This document shows positions 20,260 to 29,307 of a stretch of DNA of 64,000 bases, piece by piece. A model generated the notes under the pieces. That model did not search any database, was not told where the DNA came from, and saw only the letters and a program-made list of their open reading frames with translations. The stretch is from positions 21,190 to 85,189 of the forward strand of contig JBAYKP010000002.1 of the NCBI GenBank assembly GCA_041664465.1, written 5' to 3'. The number at the start of each line of letters is the position of its first letter. The stretch's first letter is position 1. The position numbers and the translations under genes are program-made. This DNA comes from Minisyncoccota bacterium. Lineage in GTDB: Bacteria; Patescibacteriota; Minisyncoccia; Phycocordibacterales; UBA9973.

Positions 20260-21024
20260 ATGAATATCATTATAAAGACAAAAGAACAAATAGAGATTAT
20301 ACGAGAAGGGGGGAAGATTTTGGCGGAGGTATTGAAGAAGGTGGCTAAAAAAGTATCTCCGGGGATTTCGACATACGAACTTGATAAATATGCGTACGAT
20401 TTGATAAAAGAGAAGAGTGGAATCCCAGCATTTTTGAATTACAGGCCAGAAGGTGCACCGAAAGCTTTTCCTGCTTCTATATGTATATCAGTGAATAATG
20501 AAGTTGTTCATGGTATTCCTAGTAAGAATAAAATTTTGAAAGAAGGAGATATTGTCTCTCTTGATTTAGGACTCAAATACAAAGGGCTCTTCACTGACCA
20601 TGCTGTGACTGTGCCCGTGGGGAAGATTTCAAAGAAGGACCAGGATTTGCTCGATAAGACGAAGAAAGCCCTAGAAATAGGCATTTGGGCAGCTCGTGGA
20701 GGGGCTACAGTGGGTGACGTTGGTCACGCCATAGAATCATTTGTGAATAGGAAATATGGCATAGTTCGCGAGCTTTCAGGGCATGGTGTAGGGGTGAAAA
20801 TTCACGAAGATCCATATGTGCCGAACTATGGTAAAGCTGGTAAAGGGCAGAAATTAATTCCAGGAATGATTATAGCCATTGAGCCAATGCTAAATATTGG
20901 AAAGGACAATATAACTGTTGCCAATGATGATTGGACTATTAAAACAGCCGATGGCTCTCATTCTGCTCATTTTGAGCATACGATTCTCATTACCGAAGGT
21001 GACGCGGAAATATTAACTAAGTAA
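20260..21024 (+). CDS. map: Methionine aminopeptidase type I
   Basis: SVNNEVVHGIP, GHGVG..IHEDP, AIEPM, SAHFEHT; an alternative start at ATG 20212 adds a hairpin-encoded extension. Confidence 0.97.
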   Translation: MNIIIKTKEQIEIIREGGKILAEVLKKVAKKVSPGISTYELDKYAYDLIKEKSGIPAFLNYRPEGAPKAFPASICISVNNEVVHGIPSKNKILKEGDIVSLDLGLKYKGLFTDHAVTVPVGKISKKDQDLLDKTKKALEIGIWAARGGATVGDVGHAIESFVNRKYGIVRELSGHGVGVKIHEDPYVPNYGKAGKGQKLIPGMIIAIEPMLNIGKDNITVANDDWTIKTADGSHSAHFEHTILITEGDAEILTK

Positions 21025-21148
21025 AAACACTCCATAAAAACATTCTCAGACTCACCACACAATAAAATTCTGCTGAATTTTTTGCTCGCACTCGGCCCGT
21101 CGGCCTGCGTGAGGGTTCGCTTGAGAACATTTTTTATTTCGTGTTTAA
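21022..21148 (-). mobile_element. Structured palindromic element, copy A (intergenic)
   Basis: ~26-bp imperfect terminal inverted repeats; nearly identical to 61521-61647; core shared with the recG and phosphohexomutase inserts. Confidence 0.85.
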
Positions 21149-21158
21149 TTAGCCCATA

Positions 21159-21300
21159 TAGATTTTTTAGAATAGTCTCTGAGAAGGGGCCGGCGCAGGC
21201 TGTCGAGCCGAGCAATGAGCAAATTTCTAGCAAGAAATTATGTGATTCACCAGAATCACCTAAGGGCAGAAATATTCAGGAGAGCTATTCAAAAAATCTA
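21159..21300 (+). mobile_element. Structured palindromic element, copy B (diverged, opposite orientation)
   Basis: TAGATTTTTT(A)GAATAG...CTATTCAAAAAATCTA arms enclosing GCAGGCTGTCGAGCCGAGC...AATTTCTAGCAAGAAATT. Confidence 0.75.
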
Positions 21301-21352
21301 GATACCAACATTTATAGATCATTTTTTCTTTTTCTTGTGGTATAATAAAACT

Positions 21353-24085
21353 ATGGAAGGATTAAATCTAAACAATGCTCCTAAATTTAAAACCCCAGAA
21401 GAAGAGTTGGTATTTTTGCGTGCTCACTTGGCTGAACATGAGAAGAAACTCAATGAAAAAGGGCAAGAAGTAAACAAAGAAGATATTGCTCACAATTTAA
21501 TCTCTGAATATAGAAAGCTTGAGCCGACAGATGTAATGCATAAAAGTGCCGTGATAAATAAAAATGAAGCTGAAGGCTTAGTCTTGCGATTAAAGCCTGA
21601 GAATCACGACAGTAAAATGGAAGAGCTTCTCGGTATTCTCTTGGATAAAGGTATTTCCAATACTCTTTCCATTGTGGCGAAGATGAATAATCCTCACCTA
21701 GATGATGACTTTCACCGTTTCCTTGTCCAGTATTTATACAGTACTCATAAAGTGCCGGGGCTTAAAGAAGGCACTCCTCTTTTCAAATCTCTTGATATGA
21801 AACTTTTCGAAATTACTCTGCCTGATGTCAGCGAAGATGATAAAGACAAGAAAGGTTTGAAAGAATTACTCTCTGCCATGGAGCAATTCTATGCTGGTAT
21901 GCATTCAGTCGGAGAAGGAAGAGAGAATTATAATAGAAATCATTTTACTTTAGAGATTGCCCTCGCTGAAGGGACGGACAGCTTCATCTTTTATGTCGCA
22001 GTACCTACTCACAAGGCAGAATTATTTGAAAAGCAATTACTTGGAGTTCATTTAAATGCGAAAATTACAGAAGTTCCTGATGATTATAATATTTTCTCTC
22101 CCAATGCATTTATCAGTGCCTCTTATGCAACCTTGGCTCATCACGAAGTCTATCCGATAAAGCTCTATGATACGATTGATCATGATCCACTCAATATAAT
22201 TCTAAATGTTTTCACTAAATTAAAAAAGCATGGAGAAGGTGCTTCTATTCAGTTCACTATTTGTCCGGAAGATGAAGATATTATCAGGAAGTTTCATATT
22301 ATCCATTCGGATGTGAAAAGTGGTATGTCTGTACGTACCGCTTCGAGTATGACTCGCCAAGTGACCAAGGAATTGAAAAATATAGCCAGCGAATTATTCT
22401 TCGGAGCTTCTAAAAAGAAAGAAGAGAAGCAAGTGAATGATAAAGCTGTGGAATATATTGGAGAGAAGTTGAAGAGTACCATAATGGCTACCAATATTCG
22501 TATCATCGCTTCAGCTGAATCGCAATTACGCTCAGAGCAAATATTATCTGAAATAGAATCTTCTTTCAATCAATTCACCGAAGCCGATCGCAATGGGTTT
22601 AACTTTAATCATCCTAAGGGGGGCTCACTTATGAATCTCATTCACGATTTTTCTTATAGAACATTTTCAGATGATTATTCTATGCCACTTAATCTTAAGG
22701 AGCTTGCTACTATTTTCCACTTTCCGAATAGCATTGTATCTTCACAGCTCAAGCAGGCTAAGGCCGGCTTTGCCCCAGCCCCACTTGAAATGGGCAATGA
22801 AGGAATTCTACTTGGTATCAATAGTTTCAGGGGCAAAGATACAGAGGTACGAATGAGTCGCGAAGACAGACTCCGTCATATGTATGTCATTGGTCAGACG
22901 GGTACAGGTAAGACGACAATATTGAAAAATATGATTGCCCAAGATATCAAGAATGGCGATGGCTGTTGCTTTATCGATCCACACGGTAGTGATATCCAGG
23001 ATATACTTTCTTATGTGCCCAAAGAAAGAATTGACGATGTCATTTACTTTGACCCTGCTTATACTGCTCGTCCGATGGGGCTTAATATGCTCGAGTATGA
23101 TCCGAAATATCCCGAGCAGAAGACTTTCGTCGTGAACGAATTGATGAGTATTTTCAATAAACTTTTTACGAAAGAATCTATGGGCCCTATGTTTGAGCAA
23201 TATTTTAAGAATAGTGCCTTCCTGGCAATGGATGATCCGAACAATCATGCCACTCTTCTAGACATCACTCGCATCTTAGGCAATAAAGAGTATAGAGATT
23301 CACTTTGTGAAAAATGTAAGAATCCTATTATCAAAGAATTTTGGGTTAATGCTGAGAAAACAACAGGGGACCAATCCATCGCCAACTTTGTACCATATAT
23401 TTCATCCAAATTTGATAACTTTATTTCCAACGATATAATGCGCCCTGTTGTTCTCCAAGAAAAATCTTCATTTAACTTCCGTGAAATAATGGACAATAAA
23501 AAGATTCTTCTGATAAACCTTTCAAAGGGAAGACTTGGAGATATCAATGCTAATCTCATTGGGCTTCTACTTGTGGGGAAGATTCAGATGGCAGCACTTT
23601 CTCGTGTAGATATGTATGGGCAAAAGATGAATGACTTCTATCTTTATATTGATGAATTCCAGAATGTGACGACTGATTCTATTGCCTCTATTCTTTCTGA
23701 GGCACGTAAGTATCGCTTGTCCTTAACTGTTGCTCACCAATATATTTCTCAGCTAGAAGAAAAAATAAAGGATGCTGTCTTCGGCAACGTCGGCTCGATG
23801 GCTGTCTATCGTATCAGCTCTGAAGATGCAGTCGCCGTAGAACCGAAATTCAAACCAACTTTCACCGCAGCGGATATTATGAAGCTTGATAATTTCAATT
23901 CATATGTGAGTATGCTTATAGGTGGAGTACCGACGAAGCCTTTCAGTATGACTTCCCATTGGAGTCTCACTCCCAAAGGCAACACTGAGATAGTAGATAA
24001 AATAAAAGAATTATCATATCTCAAATACGGCCGTCTCCGCGAAGAGGTAGAAGAGGAAATAATGAATAAATACAGAAAAGAATAA
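21353..24085 (+). CDS. VirD4/TraD-like coupling-type ATPase
   Basis: Walker A GQTGTGKT, IDPHG, Walker B LYIDEFQN, SEARKYRL, HQY; start placed 6 nt after TATAAT. Confidence 0.85.
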   Translation: MEGLNLNNAPKFKTPEEELVFLRAHLAEHEKKLNEKGQEVNKEDIAHNLISEYRKLEPTDVMHKSAVINKNEAEGLVLRLKPENHDSKMEELLGILLDKGISNTLSIVAKMNNPHLDDDFHRFLVQYLYSTHKVPGLKEGTPLFKSLDMKLFEITLPDVSEDDKDKKGLKELLSAMEQFYAGMHSVGEGRENYNRNHFTLEIALAEGTDSFIFYVAVPTHKAELFEKQLLGVHLNAKITEVPDDYNIFSPNAFISASYATLAHHEVYPIKLYDTIDHDPLNIILNVFTKLKKHGEGASIQFTICPEDEDIIRKFHIIHSDVKSGMSVRTASSMTRQVTKELKNIASELFFGASKKKEEKQVNDKAVEYIGEKLKSTIMATNIRIIASAESQLRSEQILSEIESSFNQFTEADRNGFNFNHPKGGSLMNLIHDFSYRTFSDDYSMPLNLKELATIFHFPNSIVSSQLKQAKAGFAPAPLEMGNEGILLGINSFRGKDTEVRMSREDRLRHMYVIGQTGTGKTTILKNMIAQDIKNGDGCCFIDPHGSDIQDILSYVPKERIDDVIYFDPAYTARPMGLNMLEYDPKYPEQKTFVVNELMSIFNKLFTKESMGPMFEQYFKNSAFLAMDDPNNHATLLDITRILGNKEYRDSLCEKCKNPIIKEFWVNAEKTTGDQSIANFVPYISSKFDNFISNDIMRPVVLQEKSSFNFREIMDNKKILLINLSKGRLGDINANLIGLLLVGKIQMAALSRVDMYGQKMNDFYLYIDEFQNVTTDSIASILSEARKYRLSLTVAHQYISQLEEKIKDAVFGNVGSMAVYRISSEDAVAVEPKFKPTFTAADIMKLDNFNSYVSMLIGGVPTKPFSMTSHWSLTPKGNTEIVDKIKELSYLKYGRLREEVEEEIMNKYRKE

Positions 24086-24155
24086 AATTTTGCATTTGTT
24101 TTATTAGATTAAATCTGCTATTATGCTAGTAATTTATTAGATTATTTTTTTATAT

Positions 24156-24740
24156 ATGAAACATCCAAAAGAAGAAAGAACATACGTGATGATTAAGCCT
24201 GATGGGGTCAGAAAGGGTTTAATTGGAGAGGTTATTAAGCGTTTTGAGCAACGTGATTTGAAAATTGTGGCTCTTGAAATGTCTCAACCATTATACGACC
24301 AAATGGATAATCACTATCCTAAAAAAGAAGAATGGGTTACTCGTTTGGGAGAAAAAACTAAAAATACATACGAAAAATATGGATATGATTTATTTGCAGA
24401 TTTTGGGACAGATGATACTTCAAAGATTGGACCAGAAGTTCGCAAATGGGTTATTGATTTTATGATGAGTGCTCCCGTTGTGAAGATGATTGTTCAAGGG
24501 ATACACGCTGTTGACGTAGTTCGTAAAATTGCCGGTGATACAATGCCTTACAAAGCCGATATGGGTACGCTTCGTGGAGATTTCTCAATAGACTCTCCTG
24601 CACTTGCAAACAAAGAAAAAAGAGCAGTTATGAATATAGTTCATTGTTCTGAGACACCAGAAGAAGCCGAGCACGAGATAAAGCACTGGTTTGGGGATTC
24701 TGTGATTTATAATTATAAACGTTTTGGAGTAGACGAATAG
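24156..24740 (+). CDS. ndk: Nucleoside-diphosphate kinase
   Basis: ERTYVMIKPDGV, GTLRGDF, NIVHCSE. Confidence 0.95.
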   Translation: MKHPKEERTYVMIKPDGVRKGLIGEVIKRFEQRDLKIVALEMSQPLYDQMDNHYPKKEEWVTRLGEKTKNTYEKYGYDLFADFGTDDTSKIGPEVRKWVIDFMMSAPVVKMIVQGIHAVDVVRKIAGDTMPYKADMGTLRGDFSIDSPALANKEKRAVMNIVHCSETPEEAEHEIKHWFGDSVIYNYKRFGVDE

Positions 24741-24794
24741 TTTCCTAATAAAATCCCTTAAAAAGGGATTTTATGTTATATTGAAAACATCAGT

Positions 24795-25445
24795 ATGAAA
24801 AATATTATAGATATATACAAAGAATATAAAATAATGCCGAATTTAGCGGTACATCAGTTTCGAGTAGCGGCTGTGGCTTGGCAAATTTGCGAATCTTTCA
24901 ACATAGATGTAGATAAGGATAGTATTGTCAAAGCCTGTCTTCTTCATGATATGGGTAATATCATTAAGTTTAATTTAATTCAGACACAAGCACTTTTTGG
25001 ATTATCCGATTTAGAAATACAAGATGCAATTATAGTACAAAATGAATTTATTCAAAAATATGGTAAGAGCGAACATGAAGCCACTGTGCTTATAGGCAGA
25101 GAGCTTGGTGTTTCTTCATATGTTTTAGAACTTATAGATTGTGTTGATTCATCTAACTTGGAAATTTTAGCAATGAAAGATGATTTTAATAAGAAAATTT
25201 GTATGTATGCAGATGGCAGGGTGACTCCACACGGAGTAGTCTCTATAAATGAGAGAAGTAGAGAAGCCAAAGAAAGATATCAGAATCATCCTAATAAATT
25301 TGATGAAGAAAGTAGATTACATTTCAACAAAAATTTAGGCAGAATGGAGCAGCAGATCTTTTCTCATTCAAAAATTAAACCCGAAGACATAAATGATGAA
25401 TCTATAAAAAATTATTTAGAAAAATTGCAAAATTATTCAATTTAG
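24795..25445 (+). CDS. HD-domain phosphohydrolase
   Basis: H...VA, ACLLHDMG, H, YADGR. Confidence 0.8.
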   Translation: MKNIIDIYKEYKIMPNLAVHQFRVAAVAWQICESFNIDVDKDSIVKACLLHDMGNIIKFNLIQTQALFGLSDLEIQDAIIVQNEFIQKYGKSEHEATVLIGRELGVSSYVLELIDCVDSSNLEILAMKDDFNKKICMYADGRVTPHGVVSINERSREAKERYQNHPNKFDEESRLHFNKNLGRMEQQIFSHSKIKPEDINDESIKNYLEKLQNYSI

Positions 25446-25532
25446 ATTAAGTATCTTTATTGAAATACTGTCAAAAGTGTGTTTTATTGGGAAAGTTGCT
25501 TGCTTTGGCCTCACTAACGCGTATACTTTAAG

Positions 25533-25682
25533 TAGGGTTATTTGAATTGTGTTACCTAGAACAATTTTTTAGGGGATTAAATAGTTTTGATATAGTGCTG
25601 TATACGTATTATGTTAACAAATCTCTATCATCCTTAATCCCACTTAGCGTTATGCTATGGTAATATACTTCGGATAGTCCTA
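25533..25682 (+). ncRNA. Rod-shaped ~150-nt ncRNA, 6S RNA candidate
   Basis: Promoter TTGCTT-16-TATACT (25500-25527); 5' and 3' halves pair end to end; terminator-like hairpin at about 25689-25718. Confidence 0.55.
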
Positions 25683-25723
25683 ATAAGAGATTCTTTCATA
25701 CTTTTGAAAGGATTTTTTGTTTT

Positions 25724-25822
25724 GAATTCCTCCCCTCCTTACTAAGGAGGGGAATGAGGGGAGGTTCTTAATTAATTTACCTCTCCCCAGCCCTCCCCTT
25801 AGTAAGGGGAGGGGGAAAATTC
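25724..25822. repeat. REPIN-like inverted doublet of GC-rich palindromes
   Basis: CCCCTCCTTACTAAGGAGGGG...GGGGAGGT facing ACCTCTCCCC...CCCTCCCCTTAGTAAGGGGAGGG. Confidence 0.8.
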
Positions 25823-25859
25823 CATTTTAGTTTTTTATTATGTTATAATAAAAATATAT

Positions 25860-27230
25860 ATGGAGAATGATACGAAACTGAAAGTTACATTTTGTTCTGG
25901 CGCTGGGACTGTTACAGGTGCCAACTTTTTAATAGAGGGTAATGGCAAGAAATTCTTAGTAGATTGCGGGCTTATCCAAGGAGAAAAAGTGGCAGATGAT
26001 ATCAACTGGGAGAAATTTCCTTATGAAGCATCTTCCATAGATATTCTATTTATCACTCACGGGCATATAGATCATATTGGCAGAATCCCGAAGCTTATCG
26101 CTGAAGGTTTCAATGGCAAGATTATATCTACCATTCCCACGAAAGAGATTACAGAAGTAATGCTTGCGGACACAGCGCATTTACTTTCTCGTGATACGGA
26201 TCACAATTTGGCAGAGATTTATTCAGAAGAGAATATTAATAAAGCAATCGGTCTATGGGAGACTCTTGAATATGGGCAGAAGCTCAATGTGGATCACGGC
26301 TTTCAATTTTCTTATAAAGATTCAGGCCACATATTAGGGTCTGGGATGCTTGAGATTATCTATAATAACAAGAAAATTATTTTCACTGGTGACTTGGGGA
26401 ATTCACCTTCACCACTTCTTCGTGATACAGAGAAGATAGCCAATGTGGATTATCTTTTTATGGAATCTTGCTATGGAGATAGGAATCATGAAGATCGTGA
26501 TACAAGGAAAAATAAATTACAAGAAATTATTAAAGAAAATTATGAAAGAAAGGGTACTCTTATTATCCCGACTTTTTCTTTGGAACGTACACAAGAATTA
26601 CTTTATGAGATAGATACTTTGATTGAGAATAAATTAATTCCACAGATGCCCATATTCCTTGACTCACCACTCGCCATAAAGCTCACGGCCATTTATCGCA
26701 AATATGAGAAATATTTCAATCCGACAGCTTTGAAAATTATAAAAGGTGGAGATGACATTTTTAATTTCCTTGGACTTAGGATGACGAATGAGACCGAAGA
26801 ATCGAAAGCAATATTAAATGTCCCAGATCCCAAGATTATTATGGCAGGTAGCGGGATGAGTAATGGAGGCAGAATCCTTCATCATGAGAAGAATTATCTT
26901 CCACATGCCAATAATACTATTCTACTTATTGGATATCAGTCCGTGGGGACATTGGGTCGCTCTATAGAGAATGGAGTGAAAGATGTCCGTATTATGGGAG
27001 AGGATATACATATTAAAGCTCATTTAGAAATGATAAGTGGCTATTCTGGGCATAAAGATTCCGACCATCTTGTGGAATTCGTAGAAGAGACTGCCAATAC
27101 GGTCAAAAAGGTATTTTTACTTATGGGAGAACCCAAGGCTTCAATGTTCTTGGCTCAGAAGCTAACAGATAATTTAGGTATAGATGCTTATACACCAACA
27201 AGTGGGGAATCTGTCGAAATAGAGTGCTAA
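25860..27230 (+). CDS. Beta-CASP metallo-beta-lactamase-fold nuclease (CPSF73/Ysh1-like)
   Basis: THGHIDHIG, SGHILGS, FTGDLG, ESCYG, YSGHKD. Confidence 0.92.
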   Translation: MENDTKLKVTFCSGAGTVTGANFLIEGNGKKFLVDCGLIQGEKVADDINWEKFPYEASSIDILFITHGHIDHIGRIPKLIAEGFNGKIISTIPTKEITEVMLADTAHLLSRDTDHNLAEIYSEENINKAIGLWETLEYGQKLNVDHGFQFSYKDSGHILGSGMLEIIYNNKKIIFTGDLGNSPSPLLRDTEKIANVDYLFMESCYGDRNHEDRDTRKNKLQEIIKENYERKGTLIIPTFSLERTQELLYEIDTLIENKLIPQMPIFLDSPLAIKLTAIYRKYEKYFNPTALKIIKGGDDIFNFLGLRMTNETEESKAILNVPDPKIIMAGSGMSNGGRILHHEKNYLPHANNTILLIGYQSVGTLGRSIENGVKDVRIMGEDIHIKAHLEMISGYSGHKDSDHLVEFVEETANTVKKVFLLMGEPKASMFLAQKLTDNLGIDAYTPTSGESVEIEC

Positions 27231-27267
27231 ATAAAAAACCTTCACAATTGTGAAGGTTTTTTATTTA
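27228..27267. terminator. Bidirectional terminator, perfect 40-bp palindrome spanning both stop codons
   Basis: TAAATAAAAAACCTTCACAA|TTGTGAAGGTTTTTTATTTA. Confidence 0.8.
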
Positions 27268-27606
27268 TATGCTTTTTACGATTCTTGCGAATGTCTCAGG
27301 ATTATTTTGGGCGATATCTGATAGAATTTTGCGGTCTATATCAATCTTCTTTTTCTTAAGACCATCTATGAATCTACTGTATGATAATTCAAATGGTCTA
27401 ATAGCAGCATTGATACGTGTAGTCCAAAGGCTTCTTGCATCTGCCTTCTTATCCTTTCTGTGAGCGAATGAATATGCTCCTGCATGGCGTAATGCATCTT
27501 TAGCTTGGGCTTTCTTTGTACTACGACCAAAACGGAATCCTTTAGCTTGGGCTAGGATATTCTTTCTGTGTTTATTCTTTATTGTTCCTCTTTTAACTCT
27601 TGTCAT
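27265..27606 (-). CDS. rplT: 50S ribosomal protein L20
   Basis: MTRVKRG, AKGFRFGRS, RSLWTTRINAA. Confidence 0.98.
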   Translation of the reverse strand: MTRVKRGTIKNKHRKNILAQAKGFRFGRSTKKAQAKDALRHAGAYSFAHRKDKKADARSLWTTRINAAIRPFELSYSRFIDGLKKKKIDIDRKILSDIAQNNPETFARIVKSI

Positions 27607-27616
27607 ATATGTTTGT

Positions 27617-27635
27617 CCATAGGTCGGACCTATGG
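27617..27635. repeat. Short perfect hairpin between rpmI and rplT
   Basis: CCATAGGT-CGG-ACCTATGG. Confidence 0.75.
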
Positions 27636-27650
27636 TCGATAATTTATAAT

Positions 27651-27842
27651 TTATGCGTTTGCTAAATAAGTTCGTCTATTTTTATTTGAAATTTTGAAAT
27701 TATTTGTTTTCTTACCAGCTAATTGCTTTGTACGTGATTGCTTGGCATTGAAGTGGTTGAATCCTGGTGCACGAGATAAGATTTTACCATTCTTTGTAAC
27801 CTTTAAACGCTTTGTTAATGATTTGTTTGTTTTTATACTCAT
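27651..27842 (-). CDS. rpmI: 50S ribosomal protein L35
   Basis: KTNKSLTKRLKVTKNGK...HFNAK; lies between infC and rplT. Confidence 0.93.
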   Translation of the reverse strand: MSIKTNKSLTKRLKVTKNGKILSRAPGFNHFNAKQSRTKQLAGKKTNNFKISNKNRRTYLANA

Positions 27843-27847
27843 AAAAT

Positions 27848-28354
27848 TTACTTTTCTTTTTCTATTGTAATAGTTGGACCTTTGGGACCTTTTCTATAAT
27901 CTTCTGCTACTTTATAATTCTCAGTTATAAGGTGAAGTATTCGGTCGAGTCTTTCTCTCAAGAATGCATCGGCCATATATTTAGAACGTCCCGAAAGGAA
28001 AAGCTCTATCTTAATACGGTGACCTTCTTTGAGCCACTCTGAAGCTTTTCTGGCTTTCAAAGCGAGGTCATTCTCTCCAGTACCAATCTTTATTTGCACA
28101 GATTTGGTTTCTGTAGTTTTAGCTCCTGCTTTCGCCTTCTTCAACTTCTTATTTTGCTCATATTGATACTTACCAAAATTTGCTATTTTAACTATTGGGG
28201 GATTTGCATTGGGAGTGATTTCAATCAAATCAAAGCCTTGTTGATTGGCCATTGCGAATGCATCTTTAAAACTTAAAATACCAAGGTTTACACCTTCGTT
28301 TGAGATTACGCGAACCTCAGATGCTCGTATTTGATTGTTTATTCTTTCTCTCAA
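27848..28354 (-). CDS. infC: Translation initiation factor IF-3 (TTG start)
   Basis: RINNQIRASEVRVI, PPIVKI..FGKYQYE; a non-AUG start is typical of infC. Confidence 0.96.
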   Translation of the reverse strand: MRERINNQIRASEVRVISNEGVNLGILSFKDAFAMANQQGFDLIEITPNANPPIVKIANFGKYQYEQNKKLKKAKAGAKTTETKSVQIKIGTGENDLALKARKASEWLKEGHRIKIELFLSGRSKYMADAFLRERLDRILHLITENYKVAEDYRKGPKGPTITIEKEK

Positions 28355-28430
28355 TTTGTTTGCCGATAGAAATAAATAGATTACCTACCTAAATAGAATA
28401 CTAGCATATTTGTGTTATTATGGCAATACG

Positions 28431-29231
28431 ATGGATAACGTTATAAAAGTATATAAAAAGGTAGGTGAGACGCCTCTAGATTGCATTCAAAATCTCAAAA
28501 AAGATAGGCCAGAACTGGGCCTTTTACCTATGACTTATGCAGGACGGCTTGATCCGTTAGCAGAAGGGGTGCTTTTACTCCTTGTAGGTGAGGAATGTAA
28601 GAAGAAAGATGAATATCTTAATCTACACAAAGAGTATGAGGTAGAAGTTCTCTTTGGTTTCGCGACGGATACATATGATGTATTGGGAAAAGTCACTCCG
28701 TCGGAAATACTATTTAAAAGGTCCAGGGACCTGGGGGACGGGAGCCGGTGCCAGACCATTTCAAATCGCTCATCCTTTGACTTCGTTTTGCCTCTAAAGA
28801 AGATCCTTCCAAATTTTATTGGCAAGATAAAACAATCATATCCACCGTATTCTTCTCGTCCAGTAAATGGCAAGCCGTTGTTTATGTGGGCGAGGGAAGG
28901 GAAGCTAGGTGAGATAGAGATACCTACGCACAATGTGCAAATAGATAATATAGAAATAATGGGGCAAGATTTTATAAAAGGAAATGAACTTTTGGAAAAT
29001 ATTAAAGATAAAATTTCAAAAGTGAAAGGTGATTTTAGACAAGAAGAAATATTAAAAACTTGGGAGAAAGAATTGAAAGACAAAAAAGAAGAAAAATATC
29101 CTATAATTAAATTAAGAATTTCTTGTGGCAGTGGGGCCTATATGCGAAGTATTGCCAATGACATAGGGGAGAAGCTAAGCATCCCCGCTCTTGCCCTCAA
29201 AATAGTCCGCACAAAAGTAGGAGATTACTAA
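28431..29231 (+). CDS. truB: tRNA pseudouridine(55) synthase, with probable internal insertion
   Basis: YAGRLDPLAEGVL, KEYEV..FG.ATDTYD, PPYSS..VNGK, CGSGAYMRS. Confidence 0.9.
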   Translation: MDNVIKVYKKVGETPLDCIQNLKKDRPELGLLPMTYAGRLDPLAEGVLLLLVGEECKKKDEYLNLHKEYEVEVLFGFATDTYDVLGKVTPSEILFKRSRDLGDGSRCQTISNRSSFDFVLPLKKILPNFIGKIKQSYPPYSSRPVNGKPLFMWAREGKLGEIEIPTHNVQIDNIEIMGQDFIKGNELLENIKDKISKVKGDFRQEEILKTWEKELKDKKEEKYPIIKLRISCGSGAYMRSIANDIGEKLSIPALALKIVRTKVGDY

Positions 29232-29273
29232 ATTCCCCAGAACTTACGCTATAGCGTAAGTTCTGGGGAATTT
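29230..29273. repeat. Perfect 44-bp palindrome
   Basis: AAATTCCCCAGAACTTACGCTA|TAGCGTAAGTTCTGGGGAATTT. Confidence 0.9.
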
Positions 29274-29307
29274 GTTTTTAGGGGTATTTAATATATAATT
29301 TAATCAT

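Noticed and set aside
20967-21345. ORFs 20967..21233(-) and 21082..21345(+) containing ADGPSASKKFSRIL and QAVEPS peptides
   Set aside because: They are read-throughs of element copies A and B and overlap map or the next promoter; they show that the element has an open frame, not that these are genes.
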